From contig NW_026262701.1 in the NCBI RefSeq assembly GCF_021869535.1, positions 1,178,001-1,242,000 of the forward strand: a stretch of 64,000 nucleotides of DNA. The letters run 5' to 3'. Positions 25,093-38,559 of the stretch are shown one piece after another; position 1 is the first letter of the stretch, and each line of letters opens with the position of its first letter. Below the pieces are notes generated by a model. The model saw nothing but the letters and a program-made list of their open reading frames with translations. It ran no database searches and was not told the origin of the DNA. Origin of the DNA: Mytilus californianus. Its lineage: Eukaryota. Position numbers and translations under genes: made by a program.

Positions 25093-26218
25093 ATATGTAA
25101 TTTTATCTGTTCAAGGGAACTGCGAGTAAACTAAGAATACTGTATTTGTTCATGACACTTTTAGCGAAACCTTCTATAAGATTATTTAAAGAAGACTTAT
25201 TCAATTGTTAACAAATATTCATGAAGAAATCTTTAAATAAAATTCCAAAAATGTATAAAACATTGTTTTTATCCCAGTTTTCTCCAAATTAGTGTTTAAT
25301 TTGTTATATTTTATGTCACTTTGCACTCAAGTTATCAGACTGCATGAATACAGTGCGTGTTTGTAATTTAAGAGATTTTCTGTAAAAAAAACGATTCGCA
25401 GAAGGAATGCTATTTTTAGTTTCTTTTATGTAAATATAATTTCTTTAAAAACGTATATCGGTTATCTGGAAACATTAAAGTTCGGCAAAAAATTCCTTTC
25501 TTACAAAATAGTCCATTTCATCATAAAAAGGGTAATGTAAGGAGTAATTCTTAAAATGAAAGGTTTAACAGTATTGAGCGTTCGATAAAGAGTCGGAGCA
25601 TTTGTCGAAAACTTCATTCTTTTATTAAAATTAACAGAAAAAATGTTTTTGGCGGGAAATTAAAGATGAATTCGGCATGCTAAATATCCCCTATATTTAA
25701 TATAAAGTTCGACAAATATCTGAATTGAAAGTTACAAATGTCGGGGTAATGCGTTCAACGTTTCTTTGTATATCAAAATTGACTGCATTTATATCTCATG
25801 AATCGTATTTAAATTTAAAGATTCGAAAAAACCAGTATAACAAAGAACTTTAAACCGGTCAAATTCTTATTATTCTTAAAACATCCTTGACAAAAACAAT
25901 TAGAGTATAATGTTTTGCTTAATCGATTAATGATTCACATCGATAAACTATGACTGCCTTTGTTTGACAAGTTTTTATTTGACCCATATCAAACATTGTA
26001 AAGGGCATTACAAATATCGCCGAGATAAAGATCTTATCAGCAATGACCTGAGATAATATACTCTATAGACAAATTTACGTTACTTTGAAGATATTGTGTT
26101 TGTCTTAGAAAATCATCCAATTAAGCAACATTTAACGGACACGATCATGATTTGGTTGCCCATAATACAATTTCTGTAACAAATATGTCTATTGATTTTT
26201 ATTTTAATCCTTGTCGTG

Positions 26219-26435
26219 TAAGGGACGGCCATTTGATATTGTGGTTGGAGCAGGACAGGAAATTTTTTTCTGACGGAATATTAATTTTCCCTTTTGGACA
26301 CAGTCATATCATGCATTTTATGGGGAAAATATTCTTCGTTCTGGTTTGGCCAAGGTTACTTATTTTCTTACCAAGGCAGATTATTCTTTTTCCAAAGCCT
26401 TGTGCACCCACAGAAATCAAACGGTCGTCCCTTTA
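26219..26435. mobile_element. ~215 bp MITE, copy 3
   Basis: Same TIRs; 1 nt shorter than copy 2. Confidence 0.85.
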
Positions 26436-27260
26436 TCACAATTCTATCCGCTTTCCCTCAGATGTGACATTTACAAACAACGACTTATTAAATAATCTTC
26501 ATTTGCCTGATCAATATGATGGACGTCACTTGTGAAGGATAAACTGAACACATTTCAGAGCACGCGAGTTTAACTCTGTTTTTCGTCGGGATTCGTGTTT
26601 CGTATTGTTAAGCTTCTATGTGATGTTTTGAAGGTTTTGCTTTTCAATTCGTCATTTTTTTTTGCTATCATGTTGTTTGGTTGTTTTTACTAAGGATTTT
26701 CAATTGCCCTTTTTGTATCTTTACTGTGTTTTTTGAAATGAGAATTCACATTTTTGCAAATAATTAAAAATTGGTTAGTCGATATATTAGTCTCAATTAA
26801 CAGGCAAATGGTGTGCCATCTTAGGAAACATCATATTATTTAAAAAAATATTTAGTCAATATTATGTAAATTCGATCTCAACCAAACTGTGTTTAAATAC
26901 AGTCCATTGGTCATCTAATAACTGGAGACCTTGGCATCGTAAACTATGAACAACTTAGGGAGTGATTATCCAAAAGCCAAAAATATAGAATTCCCCATTT
27001 TCATTGAAAAGTTTATAACTTTCTGCCGTCCAAAACCACTTTATATAATCAAATTTATCATTTCAACATATTAAACGGAGATATCTATCTTAAAAAAATG
27101 TTACAACGAGTTAAGCACGAACCGTTGTTAAAGTCACATCATTAAAAGAAATAATCCGAATAATGTATAATATAAGTTGAATACGAAATAAAACAGCGGT
27201 TAATTTTTTATTTTAAATTGCGACAGAAATTCTTTCAGATTTTGTATATTAAATGAATAT

Positions 27261-27486
27261 GAGCCAGTCCATGCGAAAACGTACAACAAGTGTTTTTGAT
27301 AAACTTTACAGGACACTTTGTTAAAGTTCGTTAACATATTTTTGAAAAACAATTTTATCTGTAAAAATTGGTTTAAATGTAAACATTCATAAAATTGTCA
27401 ATTCTGTCTGGAATTTGTCAGTTAAAACGGTAAAAGACGTAACAATATCTGAATGTATGACTTCGGCAAGTGTTAAATCATTTGTT
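27261..27486. mobile_element. Sola2-like element, left end only (cut by the deletion junction of the 1.83 kb unit; same at 29095-29320)
   Basis: gagccagtcc...aagtgttaaatcatttgtt then jumps to aattaaagatgaattcggc. Confidence 0.75.
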
Positions 27487-28052
27487 AATTAAAGATGAAT
27501 TCGGCTTGCTAAATGTCCCCTATATTTAATATGAAGTTTGGCAAATGTCTGAATTGATAGTTACAAATGTCGGGGTAATGCGTTCAATGTTTCTTTGTAT
27601 ATTAAAATTGACTGCATTTATATCTCATGAATCGTATTTATATTTAAAGATTCGAAAAAAAACAGTATAACAAAGAACTTTAAACCGGTCAAATTCTTAT
27701 TATTCTTAAAACATCCTTGACAAAAACAATTAGAGTATAATGTTTTGCTTAATCGATTAATGATTCACATCGATAAACTATGGCTGCCTTTGTTTGACAA
27801 GTTTTGATTTGACCGACCCATATGGCACATTGTGAAGGGCATTACAAATATCGCCGAGATAAAGATCTTATCAGCAATGACCTGAGATAATATACTCAAT
27901 AGTCAAATTTACGTTAATAAAAATATATTGTGTTTGTCTTAGTAAATCATCCAATTAAGCAACATTTAACGGACACGATCATGATTTGGTTGCCCATAAT
28001 ACAATTTCTGTAACAAATATGTCTATTGATTTTTATTTTAATCCTTGTCGTG

Positions 28053-28269
28053 TAAGGGACGGCCATTTGATATTGTGGTTGGAGCAGGACAGGAAATTTT
28101 TTTCTGACGGAATATTAATTTTCCCTTTTGGACACAGTCATATCATGCATTTTATGGGGAAAATATTCTTCGTTCTGGTTTGGCCAAGGTTACTTATTTT
28201 CTTACCAAGGCAGATTATTCTTTTTCCAAAGCCTTGTGCACCCACAGAAATCAAACGGTCGTCCCTTTA
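28053..28269. mobile_element. ~215 bp MITE, copy 4
   Basis: Near-identical to copy 3. Confidence 0.85.
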
Positions 28270-29886
28270 TCACAATTCTATCCGCTTTCCCTCAGATGTG
28301 AAATTTACAAACAACGACTTATTAAATAATCTTCATTTGCCTGATCAATATGATGGACGTCACTTGTGAAGGATAAACTGCTTACATTTCAGAGCACGCG
28401 AGTTTAACTCTGTTTTTCGTCGGGATTCGTGTTTCGTATTGTTAAGCTTCTATGTGATGTTTTGAAGGTTTTGCTTTTCAATTCGTCATTTTTTTTTGCT
28501 ATCATGTTGTTTGGTTGTTTTTACTAAGGATTTTCAATTGCCCTTTTTGTATCTTTACTGTGTTTTTTGAAATGAGAATTCACATTTTTGCAAATAATTA
28601 AAAATTGGTTAGTCGATATATTAGTCTCAATTAACAGGCAAATGGTGTGCCATCTTAGGAAACATCATATTATTTAAAAAAATATTTAGTCAATATTATG
28701 TAAATTCGATCTCAACCAAACTGTGTTTAAATACAGTCCATTGGTCATCTAATAACTGGAGACCTTGGCATCGTAAACTATGAACAACTTAGGGAGTGAT
28801 TATCCAAAAGCCAAAAATATAGAATTCCCCATTTTCATTGAAAAGTTAATAACTTTCTGCCGTCCAAAACCACTTTATATAATCAAATTTATCATTTCAA
28901 CATATTAAACGGAGATATCTATCTTAAAAAAATGTTACAACGAGTTAAGCACGAACCGTTGTTAAAGTCACATCATTAAAAGAAATAATCCGAATAATGT
29001 ATAAGATAAGTTGAATACGAAATAAAACAGCGGTTAATTTTTTATTTTAAATTGCGACAGAAATTCTTTCAGATTTTGTATATTAAATGAATATGAGCCA
29101 GTCCATGCGAAAACGTACAACAAGTGTTTTTGATAAACTTTACAGGACACTTTGTTAAAGTTCGTTAACATATTTTTGAAAAACAATTTTATCTGTAAAA
29201 ATTGGTTTAAATGTAAACATTCATAAAATTGTCAATTCTGTCTGGAATTTGTCAGTTAAAACGGTAAAAGACGTAACAATATCTGAATGTATGACTTCGG
29301 CAAGTGTTAAATCATTTGTTAATTAAAGATGAATTCGGCTTGCTAAATGTCCCCTATATTTAATATGAAGTTTGGCAAATGTCTGAATTGATAGTTACAA
29401 ATGTCGGGGTAATGCGTTCAATGTTTCTTTGTATATTAAAATTGACTGCATTTATATCTCATGAATCGTATTTATATTTAAAGATTCGAAAAAAAACAGT
29501 ATAACAAAGAACTTTAAACCGGTCAAATTCTTATTATTCTTAAAACATCCTTGACAAAAACAATTAGAGTATAATGTTTTGCTTAATCGATTAATGATTC
29601 ACATCGATAAACTATGGCTGCCTTTGTTTGACAAGTTTTGATTTGACCGACCCATATGGCACATTGTGAAGGGCATTACAAATATCGCCGAGATAAAGAT
29701 CTTATCAGCAATGACCTGAGATAATATACTCAATAGTCAAATTTACGTTAATAAAAATATATTGTGTTTGTCTTAGTAAATCATCCAATTAAGCAACATT
29801 TAACGGACACGATCATGATTTGGTTACCCATAATACAATTTCTGTCACAAATATGTCTATTGATTTTTATTTTAATCCTTGTCGTG

Positions 29887-30103
29887 AAAAGGACGGCCAT
29901 TTGATATTGTGGTTGGAGCAGGACAGGAAATTTTTTTCTGACGGAATATTTATTTTCCCTTTTGGACACAGTCATATCATGCATTTTATGGGGAAAATAT
30001 TCTTCGTTCTGGTTTGGCCAAGTTTACTTATTTTCTTACCAGGCCAGATTATTCTTTTTCCAAAGCCTTGTGCACCCACAGAAATCAAACGGTCGTCCCT
30101 TTA
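29887..30103. mobile_element. ~215 bp MITE, copy 5
   Basis: aaaaggacggccatttgat ... aaatcaaacggtcgtcccttta. Confidence 0.8.
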
Positions 30104-30647
30104 TCACAATTCCATCCGCTTTCCCTCAGATGTGACATTTACAAACAACGACGTATTAAAGAATCTTCACTTGCCTGATCAATATGATGGACGTCACTTG
30201 TGAAGGATAAACTGACACTTCAGAGAACCCGAATTTATTTCTGTTTTTCGTCGGGATTCGTGTTTTGTATTGTTAAGCTTCTATGTGATGTTTCAAAGGT
30301 TTTGCTTTTCAATTCGTCATTGTTTTTTGCTATCATGTTGTTTGGTTGTTTTTACTTAGGATTAATTATCCAAAAGCCAGAAATATAGAATTCCCCATTG
30401 TCAATGTTTCTGTCGTCCAAAACCACTTTATATAATCAAATTTATCATTTCAACATATTACACGGAGATATCTATCTTAAAAAAAACTAACAACGATTTC
30501 AGCACTAACCGCTGTTAAAGTCACATCATTAAAAGAAATAATCCGAAAAATGTATAAGATAAGTTGAAGACGAAATAAAACAGCGGTTAATTTTTTATTT
30601 TAAATTGCGACAGAAATTCTTTCAGATTTTGTATCTTTAATGAATAT

Positions 30648-31565
30648 GAGCCAGTCCATGCGAAAACGTACAACAAGTGTTTTTGATAAACATTACGGGA
30701 CACGTTGTTAAAGTTCGTTAAAATATTTTTGAAAAACGATTTTATCCGTCAAAATTGGTATTAATGTAAACATTCATAAAATTGTCAATTCTGTCTCGAA
30801 TTTGTCAGTTAAAACGGAATAAGACGTAAAAATATCTGAATTTATGACTTAGGTAAGTGTTAAATCATTTATTTTCCGGCACAATGCGATACTGAGGCAA
30901 AATTCAACCATTGACGACACTAGAGACATGATAGAGCGAAAAGGTCAACAATTTTCATCATCTCTAACTATGCATAAAGAAAGAAAGACAACAGTTAAAC
31001 TTAACGGAAAATGCACAAATTTTGTCATGTAGTGTTTTTGAAATTGAAATTCAAGTTAAGTTAAGTATTTTGCTATTTTATAAATCAACCGTCCTTGGTG
31101 TTTATACATCCCGCCATTGTGTTATTGTGCTATGGTCATTTTTTATCATTGTCTTTCATTCTTTCTTATATACTTTGTTTAAAGTGTCTATATACCATTT
31201 TATTTTTTCTTTGATGAAATAGTTATTTGTTTTTATATATTGATTGAGATGTTAACACAATGTTGACTGCTGTACACAAATTTTTGACGATTTTACATAT
31301 TATGTCTGTTTGTTTTGCTCACACATTGTTGTCAATATAATGGAATTCTATGGGACTGTCATAGAAGTGAGAGGTTACGCTAGCTATGAGACCAGGTTTA
31401 ATTCACCATTTTCTACATAAGGAAAAGCCTTTACCAAGTCAGGAATATGACAGTTGTTTTTCATCGGTTTGATGAGTTTGAGCTTTTGATTTTGCCATTT
31501 GATAAAAGACTTTCCGTTTTGAATTTTCGTTGGAGTTCAGTATTTTTGCTATTTTACTTTTCTTT
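30648..31565. mobile_element. Sola2-like element, copy 5, right end lost after the nested repeat
   Basis: Left TIR at 30648; nested repeat 31090-31565; no ggactggctc right TIR follows. Confidence 0.7.
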
Positions 31566-31599
31566 TTACTGTTTATTTTTTTTATTTTGTTTTGCAATG

Positions 31600-33803
31600 C
31601 GATTGTTTTTCTCCGACTTGTAGATATTTGAATTTTCGTTTGATATTTTTCAGACTCCTTCAAACAATTAAGAGCAGTTAAAGCATGACATGTGTATACT
31701 GCCAACACAAAATCATTGATAGAATAGCTTATTCATATGACAGGACTTAATTATGACTGTCAATGAATATTGAATTTTCCTGAATAGCATTTTAACATTT
31801 TATTAATTAGTCAGAATCTGTATCTTCTACTGCGAGCCTCCTCCTCTTGTTTGCTTTCTGAAGAAGAAAAGAAATACATATACTTTAAAGCCGATATTAA
31901 GTCAAACTGATTTTTTTTCAAACATTGTGACAAAAATTCTATTATAATAATTTATAGATTACAGGTATGCCGTTATTTTGATTATGATATGGATTCAGGA
32001 AACAGAACTATGTCAAAAAACGTTCTAACTAAATAAATAATTCAAGTGAAAAAATACAAAGTCAAATCTAAATCAAAGTGACACTTAACATATTAAACAT
32101 TTTATGCATATATATCTGCGAATTTCAAATCCGATGTAGCATAAAGGATGGCTATTATGTTACTAACTTAAAGTAATTCATTCTGGGCTATCAAATGGTA
32201 GAATGCATTTTGTCCCTTCTCCATTTCTATGCATTTTGTAGCCAGAATATTTTCAATGATTACTACTATTCATTTTGCACTCTGATTTAATTTGTCTTCT
32301 GTAGTACTCAAATACCTGACCTATAAATTTATATGAGAATGTAAAATTGAATATTAAAAAGAAAATCTACTTCAAGTAGTTCATACACGAATCTGTCTTC
32401 AAATTTGTATAGACTTTTCCGTTTAGAAATATCCTAAAGTTTTTCCGCCTTTTTTTCACATATACATGCCGTTTCATTTTGTTTTATATATAACTGTTGA
32501 TGAAGTTCACTTTTTCATGATTTCGTAATGTTGAATTATAAAACGGCATACATATAATTTAAAGAAGTAGCGTCTTCAGCTTTTTGTGATATTAACTCCT
32601 AAAACATGTACACACTATTCAAATACAGATTTTATTTTGCTAAAGTTTTGCAGAGGACAAAAAACAAGATTCAGTCGAGTCCGTATACATGGTATATCAA
32701 TTACGAATTTTTCAAATTACAACTTACATGTTTCTTTCTCTTTGTTTCTTTCTATTTGAACTCTGATTTTCTCTTTTGATTTTCTTTGTTATCACTGCTT
32801 TCGGAAGTTAAAAATAGACGACAGGAAATAACCTCAAAAGTGACCATCCCATTACATATAAATTTTCTATAAACTTAATTACCATAGCAACTAGCTTTGA
32901 AATGTGTCCAACCTTATCAGAATGTGTTTGGTTAACAGAATGGATGTATCAAATATCACTCTGTTTATAATTGCTTATTATGTTTCATAAATTAAAGTTG
33001 AACGAAAAAAGTTGTAATAATACATGATTGAAATGTTCATCAAAGGTTAAAATTATCAAGGAGGTTATCTCATATAACTATAAAAATGAGGAGATATTCA
33101 TGTTAATGTGATATCTAAGAAATATTTCTTTTTCATATCAAACACTTGTTTCACTCAAATATTACTACAAACATTTGATATATATTTCTGTCATACATCT
33201 TACAAATATCGATAAGACATATTATGTTAAAATGTCTATAAAATAGCCTTCAACTAATATTTTCTAAATAAATCGAAAAATATATTGTTATGACGTTATT
33301 AAAATATTCATTAGATATTACCAGCTTATATTTTTAATTAGGACAAAAAAATTATTTAGATGTTACATCAAAAAGATATTTTATTATACATCAAACCTAT
33401 GCTTTACGCAGATATTAATCAAAAATGTTTTATAAACATTTCTTTTACACATCTTACAAATATATATTATAATTATAATATAAAAATGTACATCAGATAT
33501 TGTTTGAATATTGTAAAAAAATATCTCATCGACATATAACTGTTCTCATTTATAAAAGTGTCTATTAAACGTTTAAAAAACTTCACTAAAAATATTTTTC
33601 TTTATTATAAAAATAAATTTACAAAAAATGTTTTTATATTGGCAATCAAACATTGGGATGAAATGTTATTGGTAAAATATCATTCACACCTAATTTCTGA
33701 TGTAAACAAAATGTCTTTAAAATATTTTTTCGAAAATATTTCTGATAAACATATATATAACCAATAGTCAATAATATCACGAAAATATTTTGTGTTAGCT
33801 GGG
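31600..33803 (-). mobile_element. Probable CMC-EnSpm (CACTA-like) DNA transposon remnant
   Basis: Terminus reads CCCAGCTAACACA on minus at 33803 (animal EnSpm-type CCCAG end); AT-rich subterminal repeats (aaaatgttt..a..att) at 32960-33790; spliced coding remnants at 31807-32730; other terminus not found. Confidence 0.5.
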
Positions 33804-34760
33804 GTCTTACCTTGTTTGTATTGGATACCTAAGCTTCACAAAATTCCGTACAAACAACGGTACATTGTGGGCTCATTTACATGTTCTACAAAGAAATTGT
33901 CCATTAGAATGACAAAAATTCTGTCCGCAGTGAAATAAGGTCTTCATAAATACTGTGAAACTGTATACTCGTGTAGTGGTATGAACCATATGTGGATTCT
34001 AAAAAACTCTAAAGAGCTTCTGGATAAATTCGAATCTCGATCTTTTTCTGAAATCAATTCTATCAAATCCTTTGATTTTTCAACCATTTATACGACCATT
34101 TCCTAGGTGAAATTGAAAAATCGTCTAAAAAAATAATCCATTATGCTTTTCAATATAAACATGGTAGTATTAAGACATAATAACTTTTCATACCAAATCC
34201 AGTGTGCTGTTTTATTACGAATTTTGATCTAAATATAAATTTATTGCTTTGGGATACCATACGGCATATTTTGTTGATAGTAAAAAAAAGGGGGGATGTT
34301 TAAGATATGTTCTTTCCATCAACAATCAAAACTTTTCTGATTGGGTTCCATTAATATACCTTCCACAACTTCAAATAAATGAAACAACAGACACAGCTTC
34401 ATCTGCCTTATTTTGAGACTTATACCTCGAATTTGACACAAGCGGTCAAGCTTTGACAAATGAAACGATTTTAACATTGAAATAATAAATTTGTCCCACC
34501 TTAGCAGCAATAAACCAACTTCACCTGCGTATGGGATATACATTTCCCAACTCATTCGGTATCCAAGATCTTGCAGCTGCTACTCAGACTTTATAAAACG
34601 TCACCAGTGTGTGAACAGAAAGTTTATGAACCAGGGGTATGTCAAAGAACGTTTCGTCCTTTTTCTAAAAAAGTTTATCGGAAGTTACAAAGACCTTGTT
34701 GGTGAATATTTCGTATCAACTTCACAAATAATACAAATAATACATGATGGTCTTGACGTA
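33804..34760 (+). mobile_element. Penelope-like RT fragment
   Basis: LPCLYWIPKLHKIPYKQRYIVG...HMWILKNSKELL...IKSFDFSTIYTT; ORF 34491 SPAYGIYISQLIRY. Confidence 0.9.
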
Positions 34761-34769
34761 TAGATTCTA

Positions 34770-35330
34770 GGTACTGACGTTGTGTATCATCCTAATTACG
34801 TGTTAAAGTATTCTTTTTATTTGTCTTTTTATACTTTTAACCTTTACTGTGTAGTTCATTTGGGTAATATCCTTTTAACTCGGCTTGGTATTCATACATC
34901 CTGTTATTGTGCTATGGCCATTTTTGTATTCTTGTCTTTCATTTTTGCTTATGTGCTTTGTCTATAGAGCGTTTATATGCCATTTTGTTTTTCTTTGTTG
35001 ACATAGTTGTTTGCTTTTATAGTGAATAAGATTATAACACATTGTTGACTGCTATACTCAATTTTTTTACATTTTTACCTATAAAGTATGTTTTGCTAAC
35101 ACAATATAATGGAATTTATGCGACTGTCAAACAAGTGAGAGGTTTAGCTAGTTAAAAAAACAGGTTTAGTCCACCATTTTCTACAAAAGAAAATGCCTGT
35201 ACCAAGACAGGAATAGGACAGTTGTTTTCCATTCCTTTGATGTGTTTGAGCCTTTGATTTTGCCATTTAATAAGGGACTTTCCGTTTTAAATTTTCCTTG
35301 GAGTTCGGTATTTTTGTTATTTTACTTTGG
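34770..35330 (+). repeat. Abundant mytilid interspersed repeat
   Basis: Same family as 20878-21345 (gtgagaggtttagctag...ccaccattttctac...gggactttccgttt). Confidence 0.65.
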
Positions 35331-35794
35331 AAGGCGACCAGATTTCATGATATATTTAACAAATTGACAGTCTTAATCCTAGAAAGTTTCCTTATTTAAC
35401 AATGTTTTAGGATTTTAATGAAGTAACATGAAAGTCGTTGAATCTCATTAATTTGCTGTTAATATAGAGGGTCGTAGTGTTCAAGACGGGAGACTAGACG
35501 AGTGCATTCAGGGAGAACAAAACATCATTTCAGAGGTTATTTCATTTCATTATAAATTCATTGTGCTGTTATTTCACGAATTTCATCGAGTAAGCTAAAC
35601 CACAGTCTATTTATGAAATTAAGGAAGCATTTAAAAATCAAAAAACTTATTGCACTGTTAGTAATCAGTAATATTAGTAAATAAATTAAGTTTGATATAT
35701 AAGTAAACTTGACAAAAATAACCATTTTTATTAAAATTAATATCATTTACACTTTTAAATTTGATATTGGACTCTAATAAATTTATCTATTTCA

Positions 35795-37313
35795 TTACAA
35801 AATGGAGCATAAATCCTGATTCAGTTCTTTGATCTTCTTCTCCAAAGCGTTTTTTAATTTATCTATTTGATTTATTCGAATTTTGTTTTCTTCTAGTAAT
35901 AAGAAGTATTCATGGGAAAATAACCATCCATAGTTGATATTTCATCAGCGACTTCCTGTGCATATGTTTGCTGTTCGTGTGGTGATGCTAAGTTTTCTAA
36001 AGCTACAATACGTTTACCACATCTTTCATATAGTTGTTGAACCTCTTCTACAGCCATTTTGTCGATGAATTCATGAATATCCATTCGATTTCCCTTTACG
36101 TCTCTTATCTCATTTTTTCTGACCATTACAATCATTGTGTGATCTAGAAAATTAGTGTTTCCAAATAAATTTCTAAGATCTTTTATTGCTTCTTTTTCTT
36201 CATCTGTTACTATGTTTGGCGAAAGAACAATTATAAACGCATGAGGTCCTGGCGATAGAAATCCAATACTTTTAGTAACTTCTGTTATGACTGCCTTCTG
36301 CTTCGTATTTAATATTCCAGGCGTATCAACAACTCTTATCGTCTTTCCAGATGGAAGCTTGCCAGTACCTTCATTAGTTTCTGTTGTCACTGATTCTCCT
36401 GAAGGAAGCAACACAAAACAATTATAACCAACCAGAGTGTTTCCAAAAGCACTTTTCCCGCATCCTGTTTTTCCAATTAGTGCAACTCTTATTCTGAAAT
36501 AAATCAATCATACTACGTTATTTTACCGAGAAACATACATCTTTCCTTGAATAAGTGATATATTGCGTACATTGTATTGTGCACTATAAACAACACTTCA
36601 TGTTGGTGAATCAGTCATAATGACATCTTTTACAGATGTAACAAAAAGTTCCTAGTTTGACTCTGTGTAACAGTAATCTTTTTTAAACTGCATATTATAG
36701 TAAACGATATGAAATTACTATCCCTTAAAAAAGAGAAAAAGACAATAAGGTACAGGAAAAGTTAGGAATAGTTAAAATGTAAAAAAAACACCTTTAAGAA
36801 TATAAAATTGAGAATGGAAATGGGGAATGTGTCAAAGAGACAACAACCCGACCATAGAACAGACAACAGCAGAAGGTCACTAACAGGTCTTCAATGCAGC
36901 GAGAAATTTCCGCACCCGGAGGTGTCCTTCAGCTGGCCCCTAAACAAATATATATACAATTTTAGTGATAATGAACGCCATACTAAACTCCAAATTGTAC
37001 ACAAGAAACTAAAATTAAAAATAATACAAGACTAACAAAGGCTAGAGGCTCCTGACTTGGGACAGGCGCAAAAATGCGGCGGGGTTAAACATGTTTATGA
37101 GATCTCAACCCTCCCCCTATACCTCTAGCCAATGTAGAAAAGTAAACGCATAACAATACGCACATTAAAATTCAGTTCAAGAGAAGTCCGAGTCTGATGT
37201 CGTATGATTGCAATAGACTATCTTTTAATCACTTTGTTAACAAAAAAAGTAATGTTATGATTGTTGAATTATTGCATTTAAACTTACGCATGCGGATCTC
37301 TTTCTTCTGCCAT
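35795..37313 (-). CDS. GIMAP/IAN (AIG1-domain) immunity-associated GTPase; two coding exons (37313-37288, 36493-35795); 1-nt frameshift near 35915; C-terminal coiled coil plus CaaX (CSIL)
   Basis: IRVALIGKTGCGKSAFGNTL (G1), ESVT (G2), VVDTPG (G3), PGPHAFIIVL, CGKR; exon 1 ATGGCAGAAGAAAGAGATCCGCATGC|gtaagt and tttcag|A ATA AGA are phase-compatible; exon 1 was identified by eye. Confidence 0.85.
36805..37200 (+). repeat. Mytilid repeat inside the GIMAP intron
   Basis: aattgagaatggaaatggggaatgtgtcaaagagacaacaacccgacc family; also at 39115-39620, and reversed at 48700-49075 and 61250-61670. Confidence 0.7.
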
Positions 37314-38559
37314 TTTATAGAAACACAACTTGCTTGACTACATTGTTGCCTTATATATGTCAACATTTAAATCAGGTGCACGATGAACTACAGTTTTATT
37401 GAATAATGTAAAATTCGCTAAACGAATATAAATGTGCCTGCTATTTATTATATAAATTGTGCTTTACAACAGAATATGTCACATGATCAGTAAAAAAACC
37501 ATGAACAATTGTCTAGTTTTTCCCAGATGGTCATCTGCAAGAACAACAAGGTTTAGGCAACTAAATCAGAGTAGTTTGAATATGAATTTTCATGTCCATA
37601 ACATACCATAACCTCATCCACAGTATGTATACAAAAACATGTTGACGAACTTTTCTTTCTCCTTAGGACATTAAGACAAGATACTTGTTTTTTAATCAGA
37701 TTATTTTTTGTAAGCCATTCATAGCTGGCTATAGTGAAATGATTTTGCTCATTGCTGAAGGCCGTATGGTGACCTACATTGCATACATTGCTCTGGTGGA
37801 TAGTTGGCATTCATAAAAAAATGTTGTTATTGTTATATTGTCATGTTACACAAAACTCAAATTAAACATATTCTAGACGTTTGTTATTTTTTTCCAATTC
37901 CAAGATAAATTTGAGAGATGATTTCCATCTCATATCAGAAACGATAAATTCATAGAACTTATGTTGAAAAAGTAACGCAATAGATGCAATAACCCAAATA
38001 TAGCATCTCTGCTACTTCAGGTTATGTTGAAATATGTATTTGGTAGTTTAATTTTACTGGTTTGTTTCTGTTTGTCCAGCTAGTCTCTTAAAAATCTAGT
38101 TGTGTACTCAAAGAAACTTATCTTATTTGAAACCAATACAACGTTTATCTATACATAAAGATGTATTATTTGTTTTCTTTAAATATTGAAAGAAGGTTTC
38201 GTCTCACTTGCTAGGTCTTAATACCCAGTGTGAGCTTTGTCTCCATATAAAAAAAAATCCTCTGCTTTCTATGATGAGTTTATTGTTATCTGAAAAACAA
38301 CAAAATAATCTGACACTACTTGGTATTAATATAAGTAAAAAAGATGGCTATCACTGAAATATTTGTTATTTTTTTAATATTAATTTGTTTATATCAATGT
38401 TTATATTATATTTGACATATTCGTTTATTATAACTTGTTGGAGTAAATCATTTAGTAAATCTTACATCTTATAAAAGTGAGTGAACTTCATCAATTTCAT
38501 CATGTAACTATGTTGTTCGCCAACTGTAATTGTTTGTTTGTATTGTAGGATTGTTGTCT

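Larger units (their letters stand above)
17862..31565 (+). repeat. Tandem array (segmental duplication) of a TE-mosaic unit: ~3.41 kb units, then 1.83 kb units
   Basis: Anchor atgagccagtcc at 20436, 23844, 27259, 29093, 30646 (spacings 3408, 3415, 1834, 1553); MITE anchor at 19398, 22818, 26219, 28053, 29887. Confidence 0.95.

Noticed and set aside
19412-30203. Repeated 92-127 aa ORFs (19412, 22751, 26152, 27986, 29820) as a tandem gene family
   Set aside because: They consist largely of a MITE bounded by TIRs, start at alternative codons, and change frame between copies.
17862-31565. CRISPR-like array
   Set aside because: Units are kilobases long with no short repeat/unique spacer structure; the context is eukaryotic and there are no cas genes.
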